Assembly: GCA_965207065.1 (NCBI GenBank)
Contig: OZ242260.1
Coordinates: forward strand, 2,816,001 to 2,880,000
Reading direction: 5' to 3'
DNA length: 64,000 bases
Origin: a bacterium
Lineage (GTDB): Bacteria; UBA8248
Of the stretch, positions 37,970-47,960 are shown piece by piece. A program made the position numbers and the translations under genes. The notes under the pieces were generated by a model. That model ran no database searches, was not told the DNA's origin, and saw nothing but the letters and a program-made list of their open reading frames with translations. Position 1 is the first letter of the stretch, and each line of letters begins with the position of its first letter.

Positions 37970-40900
37970 TCAAGAACATCCACTCGTCGCGCCACAAGTC
38001 ATACATTTCAGGCACGTCCCGTTTCGCACTAAGGTGAACAAACCACAATCGCTGCAAGCTTCCCCCTCATACCCTTTCGCGCGGGCTTCTTCGATGCGTG
38101 AATCAATTGCGGAGCTTGCTTCCGTTATGGGTGTCATCGAAGTTTGGGTGGATTCTGTCTCATAATTCAGACTTATCCGGTCGCTGCGCGGTGCGCTTGC
38201 ATCCGGTCCCGGGAATATGGTTTGAATCTCTTCTTCTTCCTCGGTATCGAATTCCGGAATCTCTTCCTGGGGGCGCCCGATGGTGTCGCTCCTCAAGTCC
38301 TCCGACACGACTTGCGCCAGGTCGTGGCGACCGAGATATGAAACCGCCAGTTCACGGAAGATGTAATCGATGATGGATGTGCTCATCTTGATGTGCGGGT
38401 TGCCCGAGACCATACCCCCCGGCTCGAATCGTGTGAATACGAAGGCATCCACGAATTCATCCAATGGGACGCCGTGTTGGAGCCCCAGCGAAATTGCGAT
38501 GGCGAAACAATTCATGAGGCTTCTGAAGGCAGCGCCTTCTTTGTGCATATCTATGAAAATTTCGCCGATGGAGCCGTCCTCGTACTCACCGGTTCTAAGA
38601 TATACCTTGTGACCGCCAATGACGGCTTTTTGTGTGTATCCACCGCGGCGGGTAGGCAACTTGCGTCTTCTGGACTGGTAAATGATCCGGCGCACAATCT
38701 GCTGGGCTACATGCACGGGGGCACTTTGGGTAGCTGGTTCTTCTTCGCCGATATCACTGAAGAGTTCTGCTTCGCTTTGTGCGGAAAGTGGTTGGCTTAG
38801 TTTCGAGCCATCGCGGTAAATCGCTATGGCTTTGGTCATCCGCTGCCACGATTCGTTGTAGATGTCTAAAATATCTTGAATCGTTGATTCCGCGGGCATG
38901 TTGATGGTTTTGCTGATGGCGCCAGATATGAAAGGCTGCGCCGCCGCCATCATTCGAACATGGGCCATGGGGCTGATGAAACGCTTGCCTTCTCGTCCGC
39001 ATTTGCTCGCGCAATCAAAAACGGCTAGATGCTCTTCTTTTAGGTGGGGCGCCCCCTCAAGCGTCATTTTCCCGCAAACGAAATCATTCGCTTCGCTGAT
39101 TTGTTCTGGAGTGAAACCAATGGCTTCGAGCAGATTCAGGTTCCAGTCGGCTATTTGCGCTTCGCTGAGCCCTAATTGCTCAATGCAGAAGTCATCACCG
39201 AGGGAATGTTTGTTGAAGGCGAACTGGATTTCAAACGCCCCTTCGAGAGCAGCTTCCACTTTTTCCAGAGCCTTGCTCGTAAACCCTTTCTCGTGCAAAG
39301 ACTCTGGATTGATATGAGGAGCATTCGTGAGGGTCCCCCGCCCTCGGCAGTAGGCGACGATTTCGCGGATCTCTTCATCGTCATAGCCTAGATGCCGCAA
39401 GGCAGCGGGAACGGATTGGTTGATGATCTTGAAATAACCGCCTCCGGCCAGTTTTTTGAATTTCACCAAAGCAAAATCCGGCTCGATTCCCGTTGTGTCA
39501 CAATCCATCACCAAACCAATTGTGCCTGTCGGCGCGATGACAGTGGCTTGTGCGTTCCGGTAGCCGTTTCGATAGCCGATGGCCAAAGCATCATCCCACG
39601 CCTCACGCGCCGCTTGGAGAAGATAATGGGGGCAGATTTCCGCAGCGATTCCTGCTGGTGCCTTCGAGAGCATTTCGTATTCTGCCTCCGGCACAGAATA
39701 AGCTGCGCGGCGGTGGTTTCTCAGAACCCGCAACATGTGCTCTTGGTTGTCCTGATACCTTGAGAAAGCGCCCATTTCCCCTGCCATCTCGGCGCTGGTG
39801 GCATACGAGCAGCCGGTCATGATGGAGGTGAGAGCGCCGCACCATGCTTCCGCTTCAAGTGAGTCGTAAGGGATGCCAAGAACCATTAACAAGGTGCCCA
39901 GATTGGCGTACCCAAGTCCTAAAGTTCGATACTCGAATGAGCGTTTGGCTATTTCCGGACTGGGGAATTGCGCCATCAGTACTGAAATTTCGAGGACGAC
40001 TGTCCATAGGCGAATAACATGACGATAGTCTTCTATCTGAAAGTGGTTTTTTTCAGTATCCAAGAATTTTATGAGATTCATCGACGCTAGATTGCATGCG
40101 GTATCATCCAAGAACATGTATTCTGAGCAAGGATTAGAGCCGTTGATGCGACCATCGGCGGTGCACGTGTGCCAGTCGTTGATGGTTGTGTCAAATTGAA
40201 GGCCAGGGTCTGCGCAACACCACGCTGCATATCCAATCTGATTCCAAAGTTCTTTCGAACTGACGGAGTCCGCGATTTCGCCGTCAGTGCGCCGTATCAG
40301 GTTCCAATCCGAGTTTTTCTCGGTAGCTTCCATAAAATCATCTGAAACGCGGATGGAATTGTTCGAGTTTTGACCGGAAACCGAGATGTAGGCCTCGCCT
40401 TCCCAATTTGTATCGAGCTCTTCGAACTCGATTTCGGTGATGCCTTGACGTGCAAGTTGGAGAGTCCGATGGATATAATTATCCGGAACGCCGGCGAGTC
40501 TTGCGGCCCGAATTGCTTTGGTGAGTGATGGGTTTTTATCCGGCTGGTACAAGTTGCCATTCAAGCTCAGGTTCTTTCCTTCCAGGCAAGCCCCGAGAAT
40601 GGCGTTCATGTGCCGGTTGCACATCTTGCTGCCCGAAACCAGGGCGGCCACTTTCTGTTCTTCGTGCACCTTCCAGTTGATGAATTCCTCGATGTCGGGG
40701 TGGTCGATGTCGAGCGTGACCATTTTCGCCGCGCGCCGAGTGGTGCCGCCCGACTTGATCGCGCCCGCGGCGCGATCCCCAATCTTGAGGAAACTCATGA
40801 GGCCGGAGCTTCTTCCACCTCCTGAGAGAGATTCCCCCTCCGCTCTCAAATTCGAGAAATTCGTGCCGGTGCCCGAGCCGTATTTGAAAATGCGCGCCTC

Positions 40901-41566
40901 GCGCGTCCATAAATTCATGATCCCGCCCTCGTTGACGAGATCATCTTTCACCGATTGGATGAAGCACGCATGCGGTTGAGGACGCTCATAGGCGTTGGTG
41001 GAGCGGAGTATTTCCCCGCTTTCGGGATCGCAATAAAAATGTCCCTGGGCGGGGCGCGTGATGCCGTAGGCCCAGTGCAGGCCCGTATTGAACCACTGTG
41101 GCGAGTTGGGGGCCGCCATCTGGCTCGCTAGTATGTATAAAAGCTCCTCATAGAACGCTTTGGCGTCTTTTTCCGCGTGAAAATAACCGTGTTTCCAGCC
41201 CCAATAGGTCCAGCATCCCGCCAGGCGATGGAAAACGTCCCGGGCGTCGCGCTCGCTTCCGAATCGCTCATCCTCGGGCAGGGACTCAAGTTTTTCCGTG
41301 TCCGGCTCCGAGCGCTGCAGCCATTCGGGCACTCCCTCTTCGGAAACTTTGTTTAAATGTGTGGGGACGCCGGCTTTTCGGAAGTATTTTTGCGCTAGAA
41401 TGTCGACGGCCACCTGAGACCAGCTCTCAGGCGCCATGATGTCCTTCGCTTCGAAGACGACCGAGCCGTCCGGGTTGGTGATGCGCGAGGTGCGCGGCGT
41501 GAAACCGACCTCGCCGTACGCGTCATCTCCGGCCCGGGTGAATCGCCTCGTAAACTCCACGCCCAT
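37970..41566 (-). CDS. nrdJ: Vitamin B12-dependent (class II) ribonucleotide reductase
   Basis: [38 protein letters not shown]-terminal Cys cluster CSDC...CMTCG...GCS. Confidence 0.96.
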   Translation of the reverse strand: MGVEFTRRFTRAGDDAYGEVGFTPRTSRITNPDGSVVFEAKDIMAPESWSQVAVDILAQKYFRKAGVPTHLNKVSEEGVPEWLQRSEPDTEKLESLPEDERFGSERDARDVFHRLAGCWTYWGWKHGYFHAEKDAKAFYEELLYILASQMAAPNSPQWFNTGLHWAYGITRPAQGHFYCDPESGEILRSTNAYERPQPHACFIQSVKDDLVNEGGIMNLWTREARIFKYGSGTGTNFSNLRAEGESLSGGGRSSGLMSFLKIGDRAAGAIKSGGTTRRAAKMVTLDIDHPDIEEFINWKVHEEQKVAALVSGSKMCNRHMNAILGACLEGKNLSLNGNLYQPDKNPSLTKAIRAARLAGVPDNYIHRTLQLARQGITEIEFEELDTNWEGEAYISVSGQNSNNSIRVSDDFMEATEKNSDWNLIRRTDGEIADSVSSKELWNQIGYAAWCCADPGLQFDTTINDWHTCTADGRINGSNPCSEYMFLDDTACNLASMNLIKFLDTEKNHFQIEDYRHVIRLWTVVLEISVLMAQFPSPEIAKRSFEYRTLGLGYANLGTLLMVLGIPYDSLEAEAWCGALTSIMTGCSYATSAEMAGEMGAFSRYQDNQEHMLRVLRNHRRAAYSVPEAEYEMLSKAPAGIAAEICPHYLLQAAREAWDDALAIGYRNGYRNAQATVIAPTGTIGLVMDCDTTGIEPDFALVKFKKLAGGGYFKIINQSVPAALRHLGYDDEEIREIVAYCRGRGTLTNAPHINPESLHEKGFTSKALEKVEAALEGAFEIQFAFNKHSLGDDFCIEQLGLSEAQIADWNLNLLEAIGFTPEQISEANDFVCGKMTLEGAPHLKEEHLAVFDCASKCGREGKRFISPMAHVRMMAAAQPFISGAISKTINMPAESTIQDILDIYNESWQRMTKAIAIYRDGSKLSQPLSAQSEAELFSDIGEEEPATQSAPVHVAQQIVRRIIYQSRRRKLPTRRGGYTQKAVIGGHKVYLRTGEYEDGSIGEIFIDMHKEGAAFRSLMNCFAIAISLGLQHGVPLDEFVDAFVFTRFEPGGMVSGNPHIKMSTSIIDYIFRELAVSYLGRHDLAQVVSEDLRSDTIGRPQEEIPEFDTEEEEEIQTIFPGPDASAPRSDRISLNYETESTQTSMTPITEASSAIDSRIEEARAKGYEGEACSDCGLFTLVRNGTCLKCMTCGATSGCS

Positions 41567-41597
41567 TCTCCTCCGCTAGGAACGCCCCGCTATGCCG

Positions 41598-41731
41598 GGG
41601 TCATATTTAGTATGGCGAAATCAAGCGGCAACACTAAATGTAGTATGCTTTGCCCCCGTCTGTCAATACCCTGAAAACGGATATACACAAAATATATGCG
41701 ATTACCCACACCTTATCCCCAAATATTGTGT
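41598..41731. promoter_or_regulatory. NrdR boxes (about four) and nrdJ promoter
   Basis: ACACTAAATGTAGTAT (41631), ACACAATATTTGGGGA (rc of 41716-41731), weaker boxes at 41598 and 41685; TTGACA on the minus strand at 41661-41666. Confidence 0.75.
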
Positions 41732-41950
41732 TTTCCTGTGGAAAACCGGCGCAAACAGGAAAACAAGGGCTGAAAACCGCTTCGCCGCCCCACGCAGCCT
41801 CGATTTCCGGAGCCTCGGCGCGCCTTGAATCGGGGGCGCAGGAGCGCGTGAACTCAAAGAGCGTGGCCGCCGGCCGGCGCGCTTTTGCCGCGCAGAACAA
41901 GCACCGGAAACGCCCGCAAACATGCTCCGGATGCGCCCGGAAGAGCGTCT

Positions 41951-41992
41951 GAAATTTATCGAAAAACCCCGTGAATTTATCTGTATTTATCG
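41951..41992 (-). repeat. Right copy of the long-range inverted repeat (partner 24411-24452)
   Basis: GAAATTTATCGAAAAACCCCGTGAATTTATCT, 32 bp identical. Confidence 0.85.
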
Positions 41993-42198
41993 TATTTTTC
42001 GGAATTGTTCAGGGGTGATTGTCCTCGACTTCGCCGCCCCGGCCGCGTCCCGATGACTCCCTCTCTCACGCACTGACGACATGTCTGGAGAGTCATCGAA
42101 CGGGCCGATCTCCCGGCGGCGAGGCGCGGTTGCAAGAGCGAAGACCGCGCGTCGAGCAGGAGGATGGTACACCTTTCCGGAACGCGCACCTGCGGGGA

Positions 42199-42366
42199 AA
42201 TGCGCGCTTCCCGGCGGCGGACCTCATCGGCGCGCGCGCCCTCATCACCCAGGCGCTCGATGAGCGGGCCGCAAGTTTCCGCGAACGCTTCGGCATCCGC
42301 GCGTTCTCGGAGCGCGAGTCGCTCATGCTGCTGTTGAGGATATCGGAGTCGAGAGACGTGTTTTAG
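42199..42366 (+). pseudogene. C-terminal remnant of a GNAT acetyltransferase toxin
   Basis: AADLIGARALITQALDERAASFRERFG...LMLLLRI resembles the GNAT toxin tail; N-terminus missing. Confidence 0.55.
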
Positions 42367-42446
42367 GGCAGGGCGTGCACGGATTCGAGGATAGGCGGCT
42401 TGGCGCAAGGTTGGCTGAGCGATGGATTATCGCAGCTACGCACCGC

Positions 42447-42812
42447 TCAGTCCTGCTCCAGGAGGACGGCCAGCTTCTCCAGCGCTTCGCCCACCACGCG
42501 CGGCGGAGCCTGCGACGCGAGGCGCGCCTTTCGCGCCCGCCAGTCGAGGCTCTTCACCTGATCGGCGAGCACCACGCCCGTAACGGGGCCATCGGCGGGG
42601 AGCGCCACCTCGAAGGGATAGCCCTTGGCTCTCGAAGTGACGGGACAGAGGAGCGCCAGACTGCTTTTCTCGTTATAGCTTCGCGGGCTGACGACCAGCG
42701 CGGGGCGGCGGCCCGCCTGCTCATGCCCCGCCTGGGGGGTGAAGGAGAGCCAGACGACGTCGCCCCTGCCCGGAACGTAGTCCGCGTCCGAAACCACCGG
42801 TCTCGCTACCAC
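42447..42812 (-). CDS. mazF: MazF/PemK endoribonuclease toxin
   Basis: YVPGRGDVVWL.F.PQAGHEQAGRRPALVVSP, CPVTS, DQVKSLDW. Confidence 0.95.
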   Translation of the reverse strand: MVARPVVSDADYVPGRGDVVWLSFTPQAGHEQAGRRPALVVSPRSYNEKSSLALLCPVTSRAKGYPFEVALPADGPVTGVVLADQVKSLDWRARKARLASQAPPRVVGEALEKLAVLLEQD

Positions 42813-43045
42813 GCCTCAATGCCCTGCGCCGGGCCTGCGTCCTGTTCGGCGTGGAGGTTGTCCGCGTTCATCTCAGCGAGCATGTCGGCCAGCCGGTAGC
42901 CTCTCTTGCGCATCACCACCCTGTCGCCGCGCGCGCTCATCTCGATGGCCGAACCCTCCCGGACGCCCCATTGCTCGGCGATGGGCTTCGGGATGCGGAC
43001 GGCCAGGCTGTCGCCCCACTTTGCGATATGCGATTTCGCGCCCAT
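42806..43045 (-). CDS. mazE: MazE/AbrB antitoxin
   Basis: KWGDSLAVRIP, C-terminal G.E.W. Confidence 0.92.
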   Translation of the reverse strand: MGAKSHIAKWGDSLAVRIPKPIAEQWGVREGSAIEMSARGDRVVMRKRGYRLADMLAEMNADNLHAEQDAGPAQGIEAW

Positions 43046-43251
43046 GCGGTTATCCTCCTCTCAAATATTTATATCTATAATATATATCTATTTGAAGGTG
43101 GTGTCGAAGGGAAGGGATTTCTTAATACTCACACCAGGCATGTTTGCAATTAATCCCCCCTTGATAAGCATCGACGACCGATATAATAGGTTTACGTTTA
43201 TGTTCGGTATTCCGGCGCATGCCGGAATGAAGGTGAAGAACCGCGTCCGCC

Positions 43252-43323
43252 GTAGGGACAGGCCCCTGTGCCTGTCCGAAGCCTCTCTTCCGGCAAGGGA
43301 CAACCACGGGGGGTTGTCCCTAC
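43252..43323. repeat. REP-like GTAGGG...CCCTAC pair
   Basis: GTAGGGACAGGCCCCTGTGCCTGTCCGA identical to the copy at 1958. Confidence 0.78.
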
Positions 43324-43533
43324 TGCGAAAACCAAAACTCCTCTTTTCTTGGTCGAGTGTGACTAAAAGGAACCGCATATATGTAGCCTGTGGTCGGAAG
43401 GCGAAAAGGGAGGGTCGCATTATGTGTGTGACAACCCCGAGGAGGGGTTGCCACCTACATACGGTGTGGATATTTCAATCCCGGTCTCGATAATCAACTC
43501 TGGCGTCGGTCGACCCCATCGGCGCGCGCTGAA

Positions 43534-44268
43534 TTATCCGCGTGTTTTGTCCGTGCTGAAAGCTCCAGGCATTTCGTCCCACGTCCTGTCGTCCAGCGTT
43601 CGGCCCGTCTTTTTCTTGAACACGCCGCCCCATTGCTTGAAGAAAAAGGGCGTACCGCTGTGCACGCAGTTGTCGCGAATCTCTCTCACCCAGTCCGGCT
43701 CCATAAGCCTTGCGCCCGGCCCGGATTCCCCGCCGACGATCACCCAGTCGATGCCTGTAAAGTCCAGGCCCGGCAAAGGACCCAGCAGGGGTTCGAGAGA
43801 GAGAAACTTCGTCCGGGCACCGGTTTCTCGGAGCGGCCCCAGACGTCCGAGCCATTTTTCGGATTCGATGCTCGCGCCGAGCCAGATGTTGGGCGTCCAG
43901 TTCAACTTCCTGCCGAGCAGAGCGGCCCGGCCCGGGCGCTTGGTGAGCACCTGAAACGTGTGCCGGGTCGAGCGGTTCATCACGTCGAAAACGGACTCGA
44001 TGAAACCGGACGGCACCGATTGATGAAACAGATCGGACATGGAGTTGACGAATACGAGGCGCGGTTTCTTCCATCTCAGGGGTTCATCGAGAGAGGACTC
44101 GTGGGTGGCGAGGGAGAACCCGTTCTTGTACTTCTCGACTCCCATACTTTGGAGCCGTTTCGACATTCTCTCGGCGTAGCAGTGCTTGCATCCGGGGCTG
44201 ATCTTCGTGCAGCCGGTCACCGGGTTCCAGGTCATCTCGGTCCACTCGATGCTGGAAATCGTCGACAT
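43534..44268 (-). CDS. DUF5131 / phage Gp37-Gp68 family three-Cys (radical-SAM-like) protein
   Basis: [57 protein letters not shown]. Confidence 0.93.
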   Translation of the reverse strand: MSTISSIEWTEMTWNPVTGCTKISPGCKHCYAERMSKRLQSMGVEKYKNGFSLATHESSLDEPLRWKKPRLVFVNSMSDLFHQSVPSGFIESVFDVMNRSTRHTFQVLTKRPGRAALLGRKLNWTPNIWLGASIESEKWLGRLGPLRETGARTKFLSLEPLLGPLPGLDFTGIDWVIVGGESGPGARLMEPDWVREIRDNCVHSGTPFFFKQWGGVFKKKTGRTLDDRTWDEMPGAFSTDKTRG

Positions 44269-44270
44269 GG

Positions 44271-44460
44271 CTAGATGTGCTCCAGTACGTGCTTTGCAAT
44301 CCGAGTAGCTGGCTTGATTCCTCTAGGATTGCCTACGCAAAATAAAAAAACAAACAACGCCGAATTCTTGGAATTTCTGAAAGTCCGGGAATTATTGAGA
44401 AACCGGTCTCCAAAGAGGTGTTCAAGGTTTCTCTTGTAGATGGAGATAAGGTTGTCTGTT
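44271..44460 (-). pseudogene. C-terminal remnant of a three-Cys-motif partner protein (TcmP-like)
   Basis: Manual translation [59 protein letters not shown], stop 2 bp before the DUF5131 start; no start codon. Confidence 0.6.
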
Positions 44461-44510
44461 TGACTCTTACGACGGGCTCATTTGATCTTAAGGGCTTATC
44501 AATGAACCAA

Positions 44511-44927
44511 TCAAATACTGAGAATGAATTCATCCTTGTACATGGTAAAATGAACTTCCGAAAGAAAATCCATGCCAAGCAATACATCAAAATTTTCAGG
44601 CTGGAACGGAAGTAGGGAAACTTCAATTTCCTTGCCTCGTAGATTGAGCCATGCTCCGGCTCCTCCCCCCGACGCCTCTATTTGATCTCCAATCGGGATG
44701 TCGACCTTGACCCTGTATTTTTCAGTTTGGATTGGATCCCCGCTGACGGGAATGATGTCGGTAAAACCGATGCTGGACAGTTTTCCTTCATCGACCACCT
44801 TCTGAGATATCATGGTGCCTTGCGCACCCGTATCCAGTATCGCCGGATAGGATTTAGGCTCGGTCCGCGCCGATGGCGGGCTCCCGATCGAAATGGCGAC
44901 AAACAGGCGGATTTCCCTGTTTTCCAC
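44511..44927 (-). CDS. Retropepsin-like (clan AA) aspartyl protease
   Basis: AILDTGA and DVLLGMDFL. Confidence 0.85.
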   Translation of the reverse strand: MENREIRLFVAISIGSPPSARTEPKSYPAILDTGAQGTMISQKVVDEGKLSSIGFTDIIPVSGDPIQTEKYRVKVDIPIGDQIEASGGGAGAWLNLRGKEIEVSLLPFQPENFDVLLGMDFLSEVHFTMYKDEFILSI

Positions 44928-44965
44928 TCGACCCCGGAATGTAGGGATTTAGAGTTTATTTGACT

Positions 44966-45208
44966 TCAGGATTTGGGTAGACACATGGTGAAAACGCCGA
45001 GAGATATTGGCGGTTCGCCAATTTTTTCAATCGAGAAATTACCGAGACCGAATTTCTCGCAGCCAATCGCATATGCGTCACCGCTATCGTCATATATTTC
45101 CACAACTTCCCCGTCATGGAGCAATGCCGCCCTTCCGAAGTGTTCGGCCTCCATTTCTTCCTTTATGGCGTTGTACGCAGCTCGGTTCTTAACAAGCTGT
45201 GAGTTCAT
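44966..45208 (-). CDS. Small protein, DUF5678-like partner of the aspartyl protease
   Basis: EHFGRAALLHDGEVVEIYD...AY..G; GGAGG RBS. Confidence 0.65.
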   Translation of the reverse strand: MNSQLVKNRAAYNAIKEEMEAEHFGRAALLHDGEVVEIYDDSGDAYAIGCEKFGLGNFSIEKIGEPPISLGVFTMCLPKS

Positions 45209-45378
45209 CTTCCTACCCTCCCGCAAGTAGGCGAATATCAATCCCTGAAGGATTGAAAATCATCGCATATTTTTAGCTGGAAGTTAACTCTATATTCACA
45301 GTTCATACTCCCACCTGGCAAGGACAAGTGATTATGCTTGTCCTTCAAGCGTAAAGCGGCACTGCTCCCGCCGGAAAT

Positions 45379-45641
45379 TCATTCCCGGAACAAATCGGAG
45401 TGCGAACCCGTGCGGACGAGGCGCAACTCGTTTCCTCTGATGCGGTAGATCAAGAGCCAGTCCGGCTCGAAGTGGGCTTATTGGGATCCTCTCCATATTC
45501 CGCGCAGCGGATGATCGAGATTGCGCGCAGGCAGCGGCTCCTGGCGGATGAGCGAGTTGAGCAACTCCCGCAGTTTGGTGAGGTCTTTCCCTCGCCTCCG
45601 GGCTCTTCTCACGTCGCGCTTGAATTGCGATGAACCAGTAC
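45379..45641 (-). pseudogene. yafQ: YafQ toxin pseudogene
   Basis: SQFKRDVRRARRRGKDLTKL...DHPLRG-TAA(45478-45480)-AHFEPDWLLIYR...RTGSHSDLF; no ATG start found. Confidence 0.85.
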
Positions 45642-45899
45642 TTACAGACCCAAATCCTCGAACAACTCCTCGGCGCTGTCGAAGCGCTCCCCCTTGCCCT
45701 CGTCGAGTTCTTTCATCGCCTTGCGGGTGGCGGGGTTCGGCGCGCGGACGACGAAGGGCAGCCTTCGCTCCTCCGCCACGCGCATCATGAGCAGGCGAAT
45801 CGCATCCGATACCGAAAGGCCCATCGCGTTCAGCGCCTCCGTGGCACGGGCCTTGGTCTCGCTGTCGATTCGGGCGCGGACTACAGTATCCGTCGGCAT
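45642..45899 (-). CDS. dinJ: RelB/DinJ antitoxin
   Basis: VVRARID..TK..A...L..MGLSVSDAIRL...LPF...PN..T..A. Confidence 0.92.
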   Translation of the reverse strand: MPTDTVVRARIDSETKARATEALNAMGLSVSDAIRLLMMRVAEERRLPFVVRAPNPATRKAMKELDEGKGERFDSAEELFEDLGL

Positions 45900-46072
45900 T
45901 TGGCGTCCTCCTCTCGTGTAGCCTCATTGTAGCTACATCACCTCGTCCCCCATGTCAAGGGCAATTCCCTGTGGTTTTAGACTGAATCCCTCCCCCCGTT
46001 TGGCATCGGCGCGGAACCTTGGTCTAATGGTCGCGGTTTTTTTCGTTGAGCGCCTTACCCGAAGGAGGAAGT

Positions 46073-47479
46073 ATGGCGGCGTATGACGTGGCGGTGATCG
46101 GAGGGGGGCCTGCGGGCTATGTGGCGGGCGTGCGCGTCGCGCAGAGCGGCGGAAGCTGCGTGGTCATCGAGCGCGACGAGCTGGGCGGCACCTGCCTGAA
46201 CTGGGGCTGCATCCCCAGCAAGAGCTTAATCGCCGCCGCGGAAGTTTTGAGGAACATCAGGAACGCGGACGCCTACGGGGTCGAAGTCACGGGCGAGGTG
46301 CGCGCCGACCTCGCCGCCATGGTCGAGCGCAAGGACAAGATTGTCGCAGGCCTGGTGAAGGGAATCGGCGGGCTGTTCAGGGCCCACGGGGTGGACCACA
46401 TGGCGGGCGACGCCGAGATTCTGGAGATGGGCAAGATTTCCGTGCGCGGAAAAGAAGGGGAACACGAGATAGTCGAGGCCGATAAGATCATCATCTGCAC
46501 CGGTTCCCGGCCCGCGCAGATTCCCGCCTTTCCCATCGACGGCAATAAAATCATTTCTTCCGAGCAGGCCGTGCACCTGAAATATCTGCCCGAGCGGTTG
46601 CTCATCGTCGGCGCGGGCGTCATCGGCTGTGAGTTCGCGTGTCTCTATAAAGAGCTTGGCGCCAGGGTCGTCATGGTGGAGTTGCTCGACCGGGTCCTGC
46701 CGCTGGGTGATGAGGATGTCTCGAAACTCATGGCGCGTGAATTAAGAAAACAGAAGATCAAGGTGCGCCTGAATGAGAAGTTAACGGGCGTCTCGCGCAA
46801 GGATGATGAGATGGTCGCGCAATTCGAGGGTTCGGACGAAGAAGAGCGCGCGGACCTCGTGCTCGTCTCCGTGGGCCGGACGATGAACACCGACGGCCTG
46901 GGTCTCGAGCGAATCGGCGTCGAACTCGGCCCGCGCGGCGAGATCAAGGTGAACGAGATGATGGAGACGAACGTGGCGGGAGTCTACGCGGCGGGCGACG
47001 TGGTGGGCGAGCCCATGCTCGCGCACGTGGCCTCGGCGGAAGGGGTCGCTGCGGCGGAAAACGCCATGGGCGCGGAGATACGGATGGATTACCGCGCGAT
47101 TCCGGCGGGCATCTTCACGCATCCCGAGATCGGCGTCGTCGGCATGGCCGAACACGAGGCGGAGAAGGCGGGTCACGCGGTGCGCGTGGGCAAGTTCTCG
47201 GTTCGCGCTCTCGGCAAGGCGCAGGCCGAACGCGCGCTGGAAGGCGAGGTGAAGGTCATCGCCGACGCGGGGGATGACGCCATTCTGGGCGTGCACATCG
47301 TGGGCGCCCACGCCGCCGACATCGTGCACGAGGCCGCCGTCGCCATGCAGCACCGCGTAACCGCCTCCGACCTGGCCGGCACCATCCACTCCCACCCCAC
47401 GCTTTCGGAAGCCGTCATGGAGGCGGCATTGGACGTGCACGGCGAGGCCATCCACGCCCCGCCGAGGAAACGTTCATAA
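46073..47479 (+). CDS. lpdA: Dihydrolipoyl dehydrogenase
   Basis: GGGPAG, GGTCLNWGCIPSK, GAGVIG.E, HPTLSE. Confidence 0.95.
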   Translation: MAAYDVAVIGGGPAGYVAGVRVAQSGGSCVVIERDELGGTCLNWGCIPSKSLIAAAEVLRNIRNADAYGVEVTGEVRADLAAMVERKDKIVAGLVKGIGGLFRAHGVDHMAGDAEILEMGKISVRGKEGEHEIVEADKIIICTGSRPAQIPAFPIDGNKIISSEQAVHLKYLPERLLIVGAGVIGCEFACLYKELGARVVMVELLDRVLPLGDEDVSKLMARELRKQKIKVRLNEKLTGVSRKDDEMVAQFEGSDEEERADLVLVSVGRTMNTDGLGLERIGVELGPRGEIKVNEMMETNVAGVYAAGDVVGEPMLAHVASAEGVAAAENAMGAEIRMDYRAIPAGIFTHPEIGVVGMAEHEAEKAGHAVRVGKFSVRALGKAQAERALEGEVKVIADAGDDAILGVHIVGAHAADIVHEAAVAMQHRVTASDLAGTIHSHPTLSEAVMEAALDVHGEAIHAPPRKRS

Positions 47480-47920
47480 GGGGTTGTTGACCCTCCCCCG
47501 AATCGGAAGTGTTCACCGTCATTCCGGTGTCGGTCCCGACTGAAGAAGGGGGGCTGCGGAATCTTGTAGGGACAGGTCGCGACCTGTCCCTACGGGTAAT
47601 AAAGTGACTCGGCGTATGCAGTTGACCGGGGAAAGAGGAGACAACATTCCTCCCTTGTAGAGCACTCAACAACCACTCCCCCCTTGAGGGGGTCGGGCTT
47701 CCCGAGGGGAAAGCCCGACAGAGGCCGAGTCCTTTGGACGAAGGCCGATGTGGTGGGGGGTGACTCGCGTTAATTGTGCATTCCGAATCATACCCCCCAC
47801 CGACTCGCTTTCGGGCTTGCGCCCTCAGCTCTTCGTCGGTCTACCCGAGGAGGATAGACCGACCCTCAAGGGGGGAGTGAAATTTAGCGCGCTCCTTTTG
47901 TGGACTTTTTCAACAACCCC
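47480..47920. mobile_element. MITE-like composite element with GGGGTTGTTGA/TCAACAACCCC ends, internal REP and CACTCCCCCCTTGAGGG inverted pair
   Basis: Terminal inverted repeats like those at 1776-1943; REP 47566-47593; inverted pair 47674-47697 and 47859-47879; no transposase. Confidence 0.6.
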
Positions 47921-47960
47921 TATAGAGGCCCTCGAAACAGCTTGGCGGATTCCGTGGCGG

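Noticed and set aside
45478-45480. Recoding at the yafQ internal stop
   Set aside because: The stop is TAA, which is not a Sec or Pyl codon, and the start codon is also missing
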